Shown: piece after piece, positions 1-12,049 of the stretch
Position numbering within the stretch: the first letter of the stretch is position 1
How the letters are laid out: each line of letters opens with the position of its first letter
NCBI GenBank assembly: GCA_951406725.2
Contig: OX597817.1
Location: forward strand, 119,102,001 to 119,166,000
Direction of reading: 5' to 3'
DNA length: 64,000 nt
Source of the DNA: Octopus vulgaris
Taxonomy: Eukaryota
The notes under the pieces: model-generated
Seen by the model: only the letters and a program-made list of their open reading frames with translations
What the model was told of the DNA's origin: nothing
Database searches by the model: none
Position numbers and translations under genes: made by a program

Positions 1-519
1 TTCTAGCGGGGATTCCATAAGAGTTACTTCCCTCCCTTCATTTGTCATGTATCTCATTTCATCATTGCAGTTCCTGCATTTTTGTCATTTAATAATTCAT
101 TTTTGAAAGTCAAATATAGAATGTCAGATATAAAATATAAAATTATACATCAGAATAAAAATCTCTATGATTAAATGTGTAAAATAATATAAAAAATAAA
201 GATACATATCCTCTTTGAATAGAACCAGGATGTCATTCAAAATGGCAATTAGAGAAAGTGAAAATAGCAAAGCACTATGGGAATTTATAGTTGATTAGTT
301 CTAAGGGAAGTAATTCCACTATTCATAGTTGAAATTAAATCATATTCTTTTCTTATCATCTTCTATCCAACTTTGTTGAGGGATATATATAATTTGTTAT
401 AATATAATGTTTAGTAATATTTAAATTAATTTATCTATTTAATTATTTATATAATATATTCAACTACGATAGAGATCAAGAGTGTGTATTGATTAGAATC
501 AAGGGGGTGGGGAGGCAGT

Positions 520-975
520 TCAGTATTTCCTTTTACTGAAAGTAAAATTACTTTGGTGTCTACATTTACCTCCACTTTCATCGTATGTGATTAGTAATTG
601 ATCTCTAGACTGTATCTATTTCCTAAATTCTGTTATACATAATAAACACATTTTATTCCAAATATTATAAGAGTGGGCTCTACTTATTATACTCCAACTT
701 AGGGTGTAATCTCTTTTCCTAGATTTCAATTCCCATATATACTTACTTAAACCTGAGGACTTACTTAAATTAAGATTTTTGAAAGCCTTGTAATGTTGGG
801 AGATTCTTTTTTAATTTCATTAGCTATAGATCCTATATAAACCTTATTTATATTTTTATTATTATTGTTCTTAGAGCTTACTATACATTTATAAATCATA
901 TTTTCAATATTACAATTATTAGAGAGCTTAGATTTAGTCTTATCACGACATGAACATTTACCTATATGTGGATTA
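520..975 (-). mobile_element. Penelope-like element (Naiad-type) GIY-YIG endonuclease remnant A, frameshifted
   Basis: Manual minus-strand translation across frameshifts gives KCSCRDKTK..LSNNCNIENMIYKCIV..NKVYIGS..EIKKRISQHYKAF..SSGLSKYIWELK..LSWSIISRAHSY..MCLLCITE..GKCRH..RKY* (stop at 520-522). The CxC knuckle, IY/YIG, LSKYIW.LK, CxLC and CxH order is that of Naiad/PLE endonucleases. Confidence 0.8.
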
Positions 976-986
976 AGATTCCATCA

Positions 987-1078
987 CTTTAAGGTACGAG
1001 ATTAGTTTACTAAACCCTGTGGGATTATACTTACATTTGAATATGAAGATAGGGAAATGGTTAGCCAGTCTAAATTTC
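987..1078 (-). mobile_element. Inverted, diverged copy of part of Penelope-like remnant B
   Basis: The minus strand reads KFRLANHFPIFIFKCKYNPTGFSKLISYLK, colinear with KSRLTKHFSTLKYNHKPNFTGLSKLIRHLK at +1265..1356. Confidence 0.7.
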
Positions 1079-1130
1079 ACATAATAATATTAACAGTAAT
1101 CTCTCCTTAAATCGTCATATTAATGAAACT

Positions 1131-1556
1131 AAGCCTTGCAATTGTGCTCCTAATAAAACTTGTGTCCTAAATGGAAACTGCTGAATTAAAAATGCCCTGT
1201 ACCAATGCAAGATTATCTCTGGTAAAAAGGAATATTTTTATTTTGAATTATCCTCTACAGAACTGAAATCTAGACTGACAAAACATTTTTCTACCTTAAA
1301 ATACAATCATAAGCCTAATTTCACAGGGCTTAGTAAACTAATCCGGCACCTTAAAGACTCTAACAAGTTTTTTTCTTTAGACTGGAAAATTTTATCGATA
1401 TCATTTCCTATGACAAAGGGAAATCTTTCCATCCACTTTGCACATAGTAACAATTTTCAATGCTCTTTTCCAAACATAATCTGGTGAACCTATTTACAGA
1501 GTGAGTTTACAGATGTAAACATTGTAAAAGAACACTCATTCACTTTTTTAAAATAG
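1131..1556 (+). mobile_element. Penelope-like element (Naiad-type) GIY-YIG endonuclease remnant B, with stops and a frameshift
   Basis: KPCNCAPNKTCVLNGNC*IKNALYQCKI..EYFYFELSSTELKSRLTKHF..NFTGLSKLIRHLK..LDWKIL..YDKGKSFHPLC..NLVNLFTE*VYRCKH. Same motif order as remnant A. Confidence 0.8.
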
Positions 1557-2630
1557 TATCTACCCTTCACCTAACAATAATTTCTGCAAATTATCCTTTA
1601 TTTTTTCTTTATTATTTATCCTTACTTCCCATAATCTTTATTCCTCCATTCATTCTTTCTTCCCATCCTTTATCCATCCAATTTTGCCTGCTCCTCTCCC
1701 CTCTCTCTCTTTTAACTTTGTTTTATCTACCCCCTCTCTATTTATCTATACCTTTTTTCCTCCTCTTACCTTATGAAGTATATTTCCTTAATGGCATTTT
1801 CAAATATATGAGAAATAGAGATAGAGGTATAAAAAAATTAAATATATAAATAGATAAATAAACAAATATATAAATATATTTGTCACATACCGGGGATGAA
1901 TATAAGAAATAGAGATAGATAAAATAAATAAATAAATCTATATAAAGGGCACAGATACATAGAACATACAAAGTGAACCCATACACACACACACACAAAC
2001 ACATACAAGAAATTTCATGGACAGCCACAACAATGTCAACAACACAATGGCAGCAGCAGTGGTGGTGACAATGATGGCAATAACAACAACAACAACTACC
2101 ACAATGGCAACACCGTGGGCGAACACACATACACAGAGGAATACAGGAACTGTACCTTATTTTGGGATCTTAGGACAGCAGCAGCACAATGGGGTGAGAA
2201 GATGGGGCTGCTGAGGAGGAAGCCACACTGCTGCTAAAAATTATGACACACACACAAGCATACATGCACGCATACACACACATGCACGCGTACACACACA
2301 TGCACTCACACAAACAAGGACACAAATGCATGCACACATAAGGAAACACACCTTAGAAAACAGAATGGAATAAGTGGAGCAAGAAGACACAGAAAAGTGA
2401 AAAGTGCCACTGAAGAGGTCACAGAGGTGAGACAAAAGATTTACTAGTGATGTACATGAGTTAAACAATAAAATAGGAACAGTAATAAATGAGTGGAGAA
2501 AAAATATAGTGTGTGTGCTTATTTGGTAAAAAAAAAAGAAAATGACTATCACAAAATACAACAAAATATTATATATATATATTATCTTTATATTCTATAT
2601 ATATATTATACATATACCATACATGTATAT

Positions 2631-2929
2631 GGAGGCGCTATGGCCCAGTGGTTACGGCAGCGGACTCGCGGTCGTAGGATCGCGGTTTTGATTCCCAGAC
2701 CGGGTGTTGTGAGTGTTTATTGAGCGAAAAGACCTAAAGCTCCACAAGGCTCCGGCAGGGTGGTGGTGGCGATCCCTGCTGTACTCTTTCGCCACAACTT
2801 TCTCTCGCTCTTTCTTCTGTCGGCCTGCTTGCTTAGCCAGTGGGGTGGCGTCATTTGAAGGCTAAAGCAATGCAAAGCGCATTGTGACCAGCAATGTGTA
2901 GCAACATCTGATAGCCCTGGTCGGTCACG

Positions 2930-2933
<4 letters not shown>
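2631..2933 (+). mobile_element. tRNA-derived SINE (tRNA-Arg-like head, OR-type octopus SINE)
   Basis: GGAGGCGC-TATGGCCCAGTGG (A box), anticodon-like loop CTCGC, GTTTTGATTCC (B box); ends at (TA)n. A related head is at 55029. Confidence 0.75.
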
Positions 2934-2965
<32 letters not shown>

Positions 2966-2973
2966 AATATATA

Positions 2974-3205
2974 TAGGGTGTTCAAAAAGTATCTCCACAG
3001 TAAGTATTTTATTGCAAAATATATATAAGATGGTATAAGACTGCAAAAGAATATGTTACTTTATAGACTTTTAAAAAGATTTTATAAGAGGTGTTGAAAG
3101 TGTTGTCCTTCATTTTCAACTTTTTTACTGCCATGTGAGCACTTCCTTGGTTGATTTCTGCAGGATGAAAAAAATTCACTGTGGAGTACAGTTTTGAACA
3201 CCCTG
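2974..3205. mobile_element. Tc1/mariner-type MITE
   Basis: ~28-bp imperfect TIRs (tagggtgttcaaaaagtatctccacagt ... actgtggagtacagttttgaacaccctg) flanked by TA on both sides. Confidence 0.8.
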
Positions 3206-3232
3206 TATATATATATATATATAATTTTACAT

Positions 3233-3329
3233 TATATATAAGGGCTTAGTAAAATAAATTACTTTGCCACATACTGAACTGAGTTCAGTATGTGGCAAAG
3301 TAATTTATTTTACTAAGCCCTTATATATA
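3233..3329. repeat. Perfect 48-bp-arm palindrome with a 1-nt spacer
   Basis: 3233-3280 is the exact reverse complement of 3282-3329; it extends to 3227-3335 with one mismatch. Confidence 0.95.
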
Positions 3330-3428
3330 GTGTAATATTTTGAATTCGCCTAAAATGGTCCCTTTACATACTGAATACTTGGTGAAATTGATTAATAATT
3401 AATTAATTTTACCCTCAATTGTTGAAAT

Positions 3429-3459
<31 letters not shown>

Positions 3460-3547
3460 CACACACACACAGATGCTTTTATGTTTACATACATATATAT
3501 ATATATATATATGTTTATTATCACAAGTGAGAATGGTTGCTTGATGG

Positions 3548-3951
3548 TAACTGCAGTGAATTTGCTTTTAGAAATTGAAATATGTCATAAACATATTTTA
3601 ACTAACCTAAAATTCACTTCTGTTTAAACATTGCTTGTTGTTGATACTGCTGTAAGTTTTTCTGACCTGGCAATCTAATGGCATGACTCAGTAATATCGT
3701 TGACTATGTTTTGATTAAAGCTACAGCCTTAATTCAGCCTGTGTGGACTTGCCTCTCTCGCTAGTATTTCCCATTAATACCATCCAAAGAGCTAGAAACA
3801 GTTCTGGGAATCTGATGGGAGGAAACACTAGATGGGCATGGTGTTTATACACCTTTTTACCATAAGAGAAAATTGTTTTCTCCACAGTAAATGCAGTGAA
3901 ATAGCCTCTAGAAGTTGAAATATGTCAGAAGCATATGTTAACTAACCTAAA
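3548..3951 (+). repeat. Diverged ~65-bp direct repeat pair (3548-3611, 3886-3951)
   Basis: gtaa.tgcagtgaa.t.gc.t.tagaa.ttgaaatatgtca.aa.catat.ttaactaacctaaa occurs twice. Confidence 0.75.
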
Positions 3952-3960
3952 GTCAGAAAA

Positions 3961-4430
<470 letters not shown>

Positions 4431-4637
4431 AGTATTTCTATTTATTCATTTATCTTTCTCATGTGTCATAACTATAGTTTTCTGTTCTTGATATTTTGTT
4501 TATCCAACTAGACATCATGTGTTCAGAAAAATAATTAAATAAATTCACATATTTATCTGTATTCCATTCTTAAATTCTGGATTGATATCACGCTTAATCA
4601 GTAGTTACATATGTACTTTTTTTATTTTCTCAAATTT

Positions 4638-4688
4638 AATAATAATAATAATAATAATAATACTAAAAATAATGATGATGATGATAGC

Positions 4689-4738
<50 letters not shown>

Positions 4739-4742
4739 CAGC

Positions 4743-4775
<33 letters not shown>
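4638..4775 (+). repeat. (AAT)n microsatellite
   Basis: Visible directly. Confidence 0.95.
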
Positions 4776-4777
<2 letters not shown>

Positions 4778-5276
4778 CTGTTAAGCTTGTGCATGACTGA
4801 AAATATTAGCCTGATAATATGTCAGAGATATATGTGATATATTATTGGAGAGTATTGAGCAGCGACTCCATCTAAGAATATCTGAAGAAGGAATATTATT
4901 CTTAAATATCATATCAGATTATGGATGACTAAATTACAACAGGTATATAGCTTATTGTCTGTATTATAGTGCATTGTTGTTCCATTCAAAACTTTTTATT
5001 GATATATTATTATTTTTATAACAAATTTTTAATGTAATGCTTGAGAGAATAATAATAATAATGATAAAATTTGCTGAATTCAAAACAAGAAATTGCAATC
5101 TTTGTTTTTTTCCACTAATAAGGTTTCTTTTTATTTTCTTCATAACAAATATATCTCTTCTTTCACCACTATCCATGAAACCTTTTATTTAACTTAATTA
5201 GAACACCTATGTTGAAACGACAATAATACTAATAATAATAATAATAATAATAATAATGATGATAATAATGATGATG

Positions 5277-5311
<35 letters not shown>

Positions 5312-5312
<1 letters not shown>

Positions 5313-5776
5313 GATGGGCTACAGCAAATATTCTGCTCAATACGACAGATTTGCTTGTCAGTTGTTTGACCTTAACCAGTTGAGCATGTCCCTTAGTGGC
5401 TGACGATATGTGCATCTCTGATCACGAGCAGAAGTAGTGGGGGAGCATCATAGCCATGTGTTGAGAGGGATTCTTTGGGGTTTGAATAATTCACCTCTGG
5501 AAACATGGGTGTTTCGTTCAACGTCCTTGGACAGCCCTTATTCAGGGACCTTTTGAGCGGGATGGGTTACTCGATCTGAAGAAAATTCTAACTGGGCTCC
5601 ACCTGCAAGGTCATGTGCTGTTCATCTTGATATGAGATCACCATGTCGCGCACATATGGTTGTGATGCATGTGCCTGGTGTGCCCTTATCGGACGGGTAG
5701 TCATGATGGGTATACTGGGCTTCGTATATTTTACCCCAGTGTCACTTTGATGGCATGCTCTGCTCGCTCACTCACT
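5312..5776 (+). mobile_element. (AAT)n-flanked non-coding retroposon 'element X', 5'-truncated copy 1
   Basis: Highly similar to 7855-8411; begins and ends in AAT repeats. Confidence 0.8.
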
Positions 5777-5829
5777 AATAATATTAATAATAATTTCTTT
5801 TATTCCTAATAATGAATAATAATAATAAT

Positions 5830-6030
5830 CTCTTCTATTATAGGTACCACATCTCAAATTTGGGGCTTAGTCAATTACATTGATCCCAGTGCTCAACTGG
5901 TACTTATTGTATTGACCCCTAGAGGATGAAAGGCAAAGTCGACCTTGGCAGAATTTGTATTGAGAATGTAGTGACAGATGAAATATCACTAAGTGTTTCG
6001 CCAGGCATGCTAATAATTCAGCCAGCTCAC
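5830..6030 (-). mobile_element. tRNA-derived Meta/MESC-domain SINE
   Basis: The minus strand has a gagctggc..tt agc head and GACTTTGCCTTTCATCC..GGGGTCAAT..AATAAGTACC; flanked by (AAT)n. Confidence 0.8.
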
Positions 6031-6203
<173 letters not shown>

Positions 6204-6408
6204 TGTTTCCAATTTAGAGCATAAGACCAACAGCTTTGAATGGAGAAGTTTAGTTGATACAACTGAGCCGACATACCTTTGTCTGATACTTTACTGAATC
6301 CAAGAAGATGAAAGGAAAAGCTTGGTGGAATTTCAATTCATAACATAAAGAGCCAGAAGAAATACCAAAAGAATTTTGCTTATGGCCCCATGATTCTATT
6401 AATCCATT
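6204..6408 (-). mobile_element. Degenerate Meta-domain SINE
   Basis: gatgaaaggaaaag..ggaatttcaattca resembles the family core. Confidence 0.55.
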
Positions 6409-6419
6409 AATAATAATAA

Positions 6420-6842
6420 ACAAGATCTTATGGGACTTCCCCATAAAGACTGACCAAACTATTGAATCAAGAAGACCAGATATGATCATAGAGGACCTGT
6501 AAGATCAGAGGTTTTGCAAATCTCTTTGTTAGCAGAGCTAATACCAAAGTAATTGAAAAAAAATTGAGAAGCATCAGAATTTAGCCAGAGAGCTGAAGAG
6601 ACTGTGGAAGATCAAGACAACAATTATTCCTGTAGTAGCAATTGGTGCACTTGGTACAACATTCAAAATGTTACCTAAAAGACTGAAAGAAATTGGAATG
6701 GAAACTCATACTGTGGACCTGCAGAAGAGTACCATCCTATATTCTGCAAGAATCCATAGAAAGGTTCTTGAAATTTGAGGGAAACCTGTCATCACCAAAT
6801 ATCAAGATAAAAAAATACCTGCCAAGTAAATTAGCACGGACT
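6420..6842 (+). mobile_element. R4/Dong non-LTR retrotransposon 3' fragment (restriction-like endonuclease), family 1
   Basis: KILWDFPIKTDQTIESRRPDMII..LARELKRLWKIKTTIIPVVAIGALGT..LQKSTILYSARIHRKVLEI* (stop 6776-6778), then a short 3' UTR and (AAT)n. Confidence 0.85.
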
Positions 6843-6872
6843 AATGTAATAATAATAAAAATAATGATAATG

Positions 6873-6919
<47 letters not shown>

Positions 6920-6938
6920 GATGATAATGATAATGATA

Positions 6939-6991
<53 letters not shown>

Positions 6992-6992
<1 letters not shown>

Positions 6993-7263
6993 GGAATTCT
7001 TGGGGATGTGGTGGATAATTCACCTTTGGAAACATGGGTGGTTCATTCAACATCCTTAAACAATCCTTATTCAAGGACCTTTCGAGCAGGATGGGCTACT
7101 CGACCAGAAGAAAATTCTAATTGGGCTCCACCATGTCGCGCACATATGGTTGTGATGCATGTGCCTGGTGTACCCTTATCAGACGGGTAGTCATGATGGG
7201 TATACTGGGCTTCATATATTTTACCTCAGTGTCACTTTGATAGCATGCACTGCTCTCTCACTC
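6992..7263 (+). mobile_element. Element X copy 2 (5'-truncated, internal deletion between CACC microhomologies)
   Basis: Matches the 3' half of 7855-8411. Confidence 0.8.
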
Positions 7264-7295
7264 AATAATAATAATAATAATAATAATAATGATAA

Positions 7296-7505
7296 TGGTT
7301 TCAAATTTTGCAATAAGGGCAGCAATTTTGAGGGAGGAGGTAAGTTGATTACATTGACCCTAGTGCACAACTGTAACTTATTCTATTGCCCCCGAAAGGA
7401 TGAAAACAAAGTTGACCGTGGCAGAATTTGAACTCAGAACAAGAAGATGAAATACCACCAAGCATTTTGCTCAGCAAGCTAACAGTTCTGTCAGATCACT
7501 GCCTT
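7296..7505 (-). mobile_element. Meta-domain SINE
   Basis: cccgaaaggatgaaaacaaagttgacc..gaatttgaactcagaa (reverse-complement B box and Meta core). Confidence 0.8.
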
Positions 7506-7535
7506 ACATAATAATAATAATAATCATAATAACAG

Positions 7536-7750
7536 TTGTTTTGAATTTTTGCACAAGGCTAGCAAGCTCACAGGAAGGGTCGAAGTCAATTATATCAACC
7601 CCAGTGCTCAACAGGTACTTATTTTATTGACACTGAATGGATGAAAGGCAAAGTCAACCTCAGTGGAATTTGAACTCTGGATGAAAAGATGGTCAAAATG
7701 CTGCTGAGCATTTTTCCCAGCATGTTAATGATTCTGCCAGCTCACGACCC
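7536..7750 (-). mobile_element. Meta-domain SINE
   Basis: ggatgaaaggcaaagtcaacctcagtggaatttgaactc core. Confidence 0.8.
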
Positions 7751-7785
7751 TGATGATGATGATGATGATGATAATAATAATAATG

Positions 7786-7817
<32 letters not shown>

Positions 7818-7818
7818 G

Positions 7819-7854
<36 letters not shown>

Positions 7855-7857
<3 letters not shown>

Positions 7858-8411
7858 GCCCTGATGCAGTACCAGGCAGTGGCTCTTGTGGCTTCTCATC
7901 TTAACTGATTGGAAGTGTTATCGTGCACATTGTTTTGTCTTGGTATAAAAGATGGGCTACTGCAAATATTCTGCTCAATACCACAGATTTGCTTGTCAGT
8001 TGTTTGACCTTAACCAGTTGACCATGTCCCTTAGTGGCTGATGATACGTGCATCTCTGATCATGAGCAGAAGTTGTGGGGGATGATCATAGCCGTGTGTT
8101 GAAAGGGATTCTTTGGGGTTTGAATAATTCACCTCTGGAAACATGGGTGTTTCATTCAACATCCTTAAACAACCCTTATTCAGGGACCTTTTGAGCGGCA
8201 TGGGTTACTCAACCAGAAAAATATTCTAACTGGGCCCCACCTGCAAGGTCATGTGTTGTTTATCTTGATATGAGATCACCATGTCGCGCACATATGGTTG
8301 TGATGCATGTGCCTAGTGTACCCTTATCAGACGGTTAGTCATGATGGGTATACTGGGCTTCGTATATTTTACCCCAGTGTCACTTTGATGGCATGCACTG
8401 CTCTCTCACTC
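7855..8411 (+). mobile_element. Element X copy 3 (longest, ~557 bp)
   Basis: Runs aatgccctgatgcagtacc...ctgctctctcactc and is flanked by (AAT)n. No tRNA boxes, no long ORF. Confidence 0.85.
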
Positions 8412-8436
8412 AATAATAATAAGAAGAAGAATATCA

Positions 8437-8566
8437 ATCACATCCTACATAAATCCCTTTCAATATAATGAAAGTAACACCAAAACAAACCACATCTCAT
8501 ACCCAAGGCACACAGAGCTGCACTTGGTAGTGCAGTGAAAGCACATGATAAAAATAAGACTAGTGA
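8437..8566 (+). mobile_element. Very short R4/Dong 3' end, family 5
   Basis: NHILHKSLSI* mirrors the HILRKILSM* terminus at 11004; followed by a UTR and an AAT tail. Confidence 0.55.
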
Positions 8567-8583
8567 ATAATAATAACAATATT

Positions 8584-8787
8584 GATTTTCAAATTTTGGC
8601 ATAAGATTAACAATTCAGGGGATGGGGTTAGTTGATTACATCAACCTCAGTGTTCAACTTTGCTTTTGTCCTTTCAGATGAAAGGCAAAGTTAATCTTGG
8701 GTGAATTTGGACTCAGAATGTAAAGACAGACGAAATATTGCTAAGCATTTTGCCCAGCATGCTAACAATTCTGACAGTTGCCACCTT
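8584..8787 (-). mobile_element. Meta-domain SINE
   Basis: gatgaaaggcaaagtt..gaatttggactcagaa core. Confidence 0.75.
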
Positions 8788-8816
8788 AATGATGATAATG
8801 ATGATGGTAATAATAA

Positions 8817-9290
8817 TGTTTTGTCTTGGTATAAAAGATGGGCTACAGCAAATATTCTGCTCAATACCACAGATTTGCTTGTCAGTTGTTTGGCCTTAAC
8901 CAGTTGAGCATGTCCCTTAGTGGCTGACGATATGTGCATCTCTGATCACGAGCAGAAGTAGTGGGGGAGCATCATGGCCATGTGTTGAGAGGGATTCTTT
9001 GGGGTTTGAATATTCACCTCTGGAAACATAGGTGTTTCGTTCAACATCCTAAAGCAACCCTTATTCAGGGACCTTTGAGCAGGATGGGCTACTCAACCTG
9101 AAGAAAATTCTAACTGGGCCCCACCTGCAAGGTCATGTGCTGTTTATCTTGATATGATATCACCATGTCGCGCACATATGGTTGTGATGCATGTGCCTGG
9201 TGTACCTTTATCAGACGGGTAGTCATGATGGGTATATTGGGCTTCGTATATTTTACCCCAGTGTCACTTTAATGGCATGAACTGCTCTCT
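8817..9290 (+). mobile_element. Element X copy 4 (5'-truncated)
   Basis: Matches 7855-8411 from tgttttgtcttggtataaaag to ctgctctct; AAT flanks. Confidence 0.85.
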
Positions 9291-9303
9291 AATAATAATA
9301 ATA

Positions 9304-9881
9304 ATGCTGGCAGAGAAAGAATACTAAAAAAGACATGACAATCTAGGGAGAGTAATCTACTGGGAACTATGTAGAAAGCTAGGATTTGAACATACTGATA
9401 AATGGTATGAACATGAACCTAATAAGGTACTAGGGAGTAAGAAATACAAGATGTGGGACTTCAACATTCAGACTGTAAGAGTAATAGAAAGCCAGAAGGC
9501 CTGATTTGGTAGTAGCATATAAAGAGAATAGAAAGTGCCAGATAATTCATTTTCCAGTCCCAAATGATGAAAACATTAATATTAGAAGTAAACAAAATAT
9601 AGTAAAGAACCAGGACCTAGCTATTGAATTACAGAGACTATGGAAAGTGCAGGTAAAATGTATCCCAGTAGTTATAGGTGAATTGGGAACTATTCCTAAA
9701 GATCTGAACAGATGGATAGAGACAATAGGCATAAAACCCAGTTTAGTACAGCTCCAGGCAACAGTGTTATTAGGGACAGCTAGGATACTTAGGAGGGTTC
9801 TTGGCAGTTAAGGTTAATAGTTCTAGCCTGATGTTAGGATTTTTTCTTTTCCTACAGTCTAATCTGTTGAGTGTATATGAA
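9304..9881 (+). mobile_element. R4/Dong 3' fragment, family 2
   Basis: LAEKEY*KRHDNLGRVIYWELC..KWYEHEP..WDFNIQT..RPDLVV..DLAIELQRLWKVQVKCIPVVIGELGT..LLGTARILRRVLGS* (ORF 9506-9811); RHD and PD-(D/E)xK-type RLE motifs. Confidence 0.88.
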
Positions 9882-9892
9882 AATAATAATAA

Positions 9893-10108
9893 TGGTTTCA
9901 AATTTTGCCACAAGGGTAGCAATTTTGGGGAAGGGAATGAGTTGACTACATCGACCCCAGTGTTCAACTTGTACTTATTTTATCAACCCTGAAAGGATGA
10001 AAGGCAAAGTTGACTTCGATGGAATTTGAACTCAGAATGGAGTGTCAGGTGAAATATCACTAAGCATTTCATCCAGTGTGCTATAATGATTCTGCCAGCT
10101 CACTGCCT

Positions 10109-10109
<1 letters not shown>
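9893..10109 (-). mobile_element. Meta-domain SINE
   Basis: gaaaggatgaaaggcaaagttgac..ggaatttgaactcagaa core; AAT on both sides. Confidence 0.8.
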
Positions 10110-10161
<52 letters not shown>

Positions 10162-10164
<3 letters not shown>

Positions 10165-11198
10165 AACAAATTTTGGAATTAGAGAAAATCATACAAGAAA
10201 CAAGCACAGAAAAAGCTAAGCGCATGGAAACACGTGCCAAAACTGCGGCCTTAGATATTCTGAGTAATAAATATTCTGAGTAATCTATGGCAAATACCCA
10301 AAGAGAGCGAATAATGCAGATATTGACAAAGCCCTGACCCATCAATGGCTAATGGCCTCTGGCTTAAAATCTGAAACAGAAGGGTTTATCATAGCAGCTC
10401 AAGATCAATGCCTACCAACATGTCATGTAGCCCAACATGTCATGCATGTCGACAACAAAATGAAACCATTGATCATGTTGTCTCCAAGTGCAGTCTTCTA
10501 GCGCCTACAGAGTACCTCAACAGGCATGATAGAGCTGCACAATATATTCATTTGGTAATTTGCAAAAGCCTGGATTTGCCCCATGAAAAAAACTGGTGGG
10601 AACACAATCCACCTTTAGTGCTTGAAAATGACTACATCTCACTCCTCTGGAACTTCACCATTTAAACTGACAGAAAGATAGATGCAAACAGGCCAGACAT
10701 CATATTGAAAGACTTCAGACAAAGAACATGCCTCCTCATTGATATGACTGTCCCAATCGATAAAAACGTATCTGTCAAGACCTACCAAAAACTGAGCAAA
10801 TATAAAGATCTTGAAATAGAAATCAGCAAAATGTGGAACCTGAAGACTAAAACAATACCTTTTGTCATAGGTGCCCTGGGAATGATAGCAAAAGGGGCTG
10901 ATTGCTACCTAACTCAGATACCAGAAAACCCCAAAATGGCAGAAATTCAAAAGATAGTGCTCATGGGAACTGCTCATATCCTACGCAAAATACTCTCTAT
11001 GTAATCTCAAGGTTTAAAACAAACTTCTTTTTAAAAATTTATTTATTAGACATTCACTAGTACAACATCAAAAAAACCCCCAAATATATGGCACACTAGG
11101 CATAACAACAACGTGAACTTCCAACCTGTTGTCCCTTGAGGTCTCTGGGTGAGACTTGGAGCCAACTTGTACAAACATAAAGCAAAAGTCAAACATAG
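10162..11198 (+). mobile_element. R4/Dong 3' fragment, family 3 (zinc knuckle plus RLE)
   Basis: WLMASGLKSETEGFIIAAQDQ..CHACRQQNETIDHVVSKC (CCHC)..YLNRHD..ANRPDII..LIDMTVP..KLSKYKDL..VIGALG..GTAHILRKILSM* (ORFs 10408-10665 and 10705-11004). Confidence 0.92.
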
Positions 11199-12049
11199 AA
11201 TAATAATAATACTAAAATGGTAAAATGTAAAATTGGCAGGATGACAAAAATTTGTTTTTTTTATGATATACATTATAGTTGATCAATCTCCAGACAACAA
11301 TTTAATTGTCAAAGCTTTGGAATATTATGGATTTCATATGTTCTAAAGCAGAAATGAACAAAGAGAAAATAACTGCATCAATCCGTATTTGAACTTAATG
11401 GGCATAATGAAAAGGGATAATAGATAGCCAAACATGGACAAAGTATCCAGTAATAAAACTACCATTGGTTCTATAGAATTCTGGAAGAATTATAATAATA
11501 GTATTGTTAATAAGGTTGATACCAAGACAGATAACTGATAGGAAAAATTACAAACACTTTCAACCCAACACCACTTAAGACAACAATAGAAATGATGAGC
11601 AAATGAACTGTAAAAAGTAGCAGCCAAATCTTCCACAAATCACACTCATTTTAAGAAAAGAACACATAGATTAATATGGTCCTGAGTTTCCTGCCCAAAT
11701 AGAAAAGATGAGATGGTCATAAATGAAGTGCTTTGATCTGGGTTAAACAATAGCAACTACAGAAGTAAAGCAACTGGAAAAGGAAATGGTTTAGAAAACA
11801 ATTTGAACAACTTCATGATGGTGCAGAAGTTCCAATTTGCATGATTGGCATTTAGGGTTACACATAAGTGAATTGCCAATTTGGGGCATAGTGATAAGAG
11901 AAATTGACAAAGATATGAAAGGAGGAAGTTCATAACCTGATTTGGTGATATTTAGAGAAAAACTGAAATAATCCATGATGAAAATTTGTTAACTTTCTTC
12001 AAACATGTCCAAAAGAACTCTCATTTTACTTAAAAATCAAAGAGTAACA

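Noticed and set aside
1180-1186. In-frame TGA in Naiad remnant B as selenocysteine (some Naiads encode selenoproteins)
   Set aside because: The TGA follows the conserved Cys rather than replacing it, and the remnant also has TAG/TAA stops and a frameshift, so this is ordinary decay.
2631-2705. tRNA gene (also the heads at 43680, 49000, 50631, 55029)
   Set aside because: The A/B boxes continue into SINE bodies and no intact cloverleaf is evident.
5194-5415. Repeated ORF MHISSATKGHAQLVK.. (also 8691-8939) as a gene family
   Set aside because: Antisense frame inside element X running into microsatellite; the corresponding ATG is absent in copy 3.
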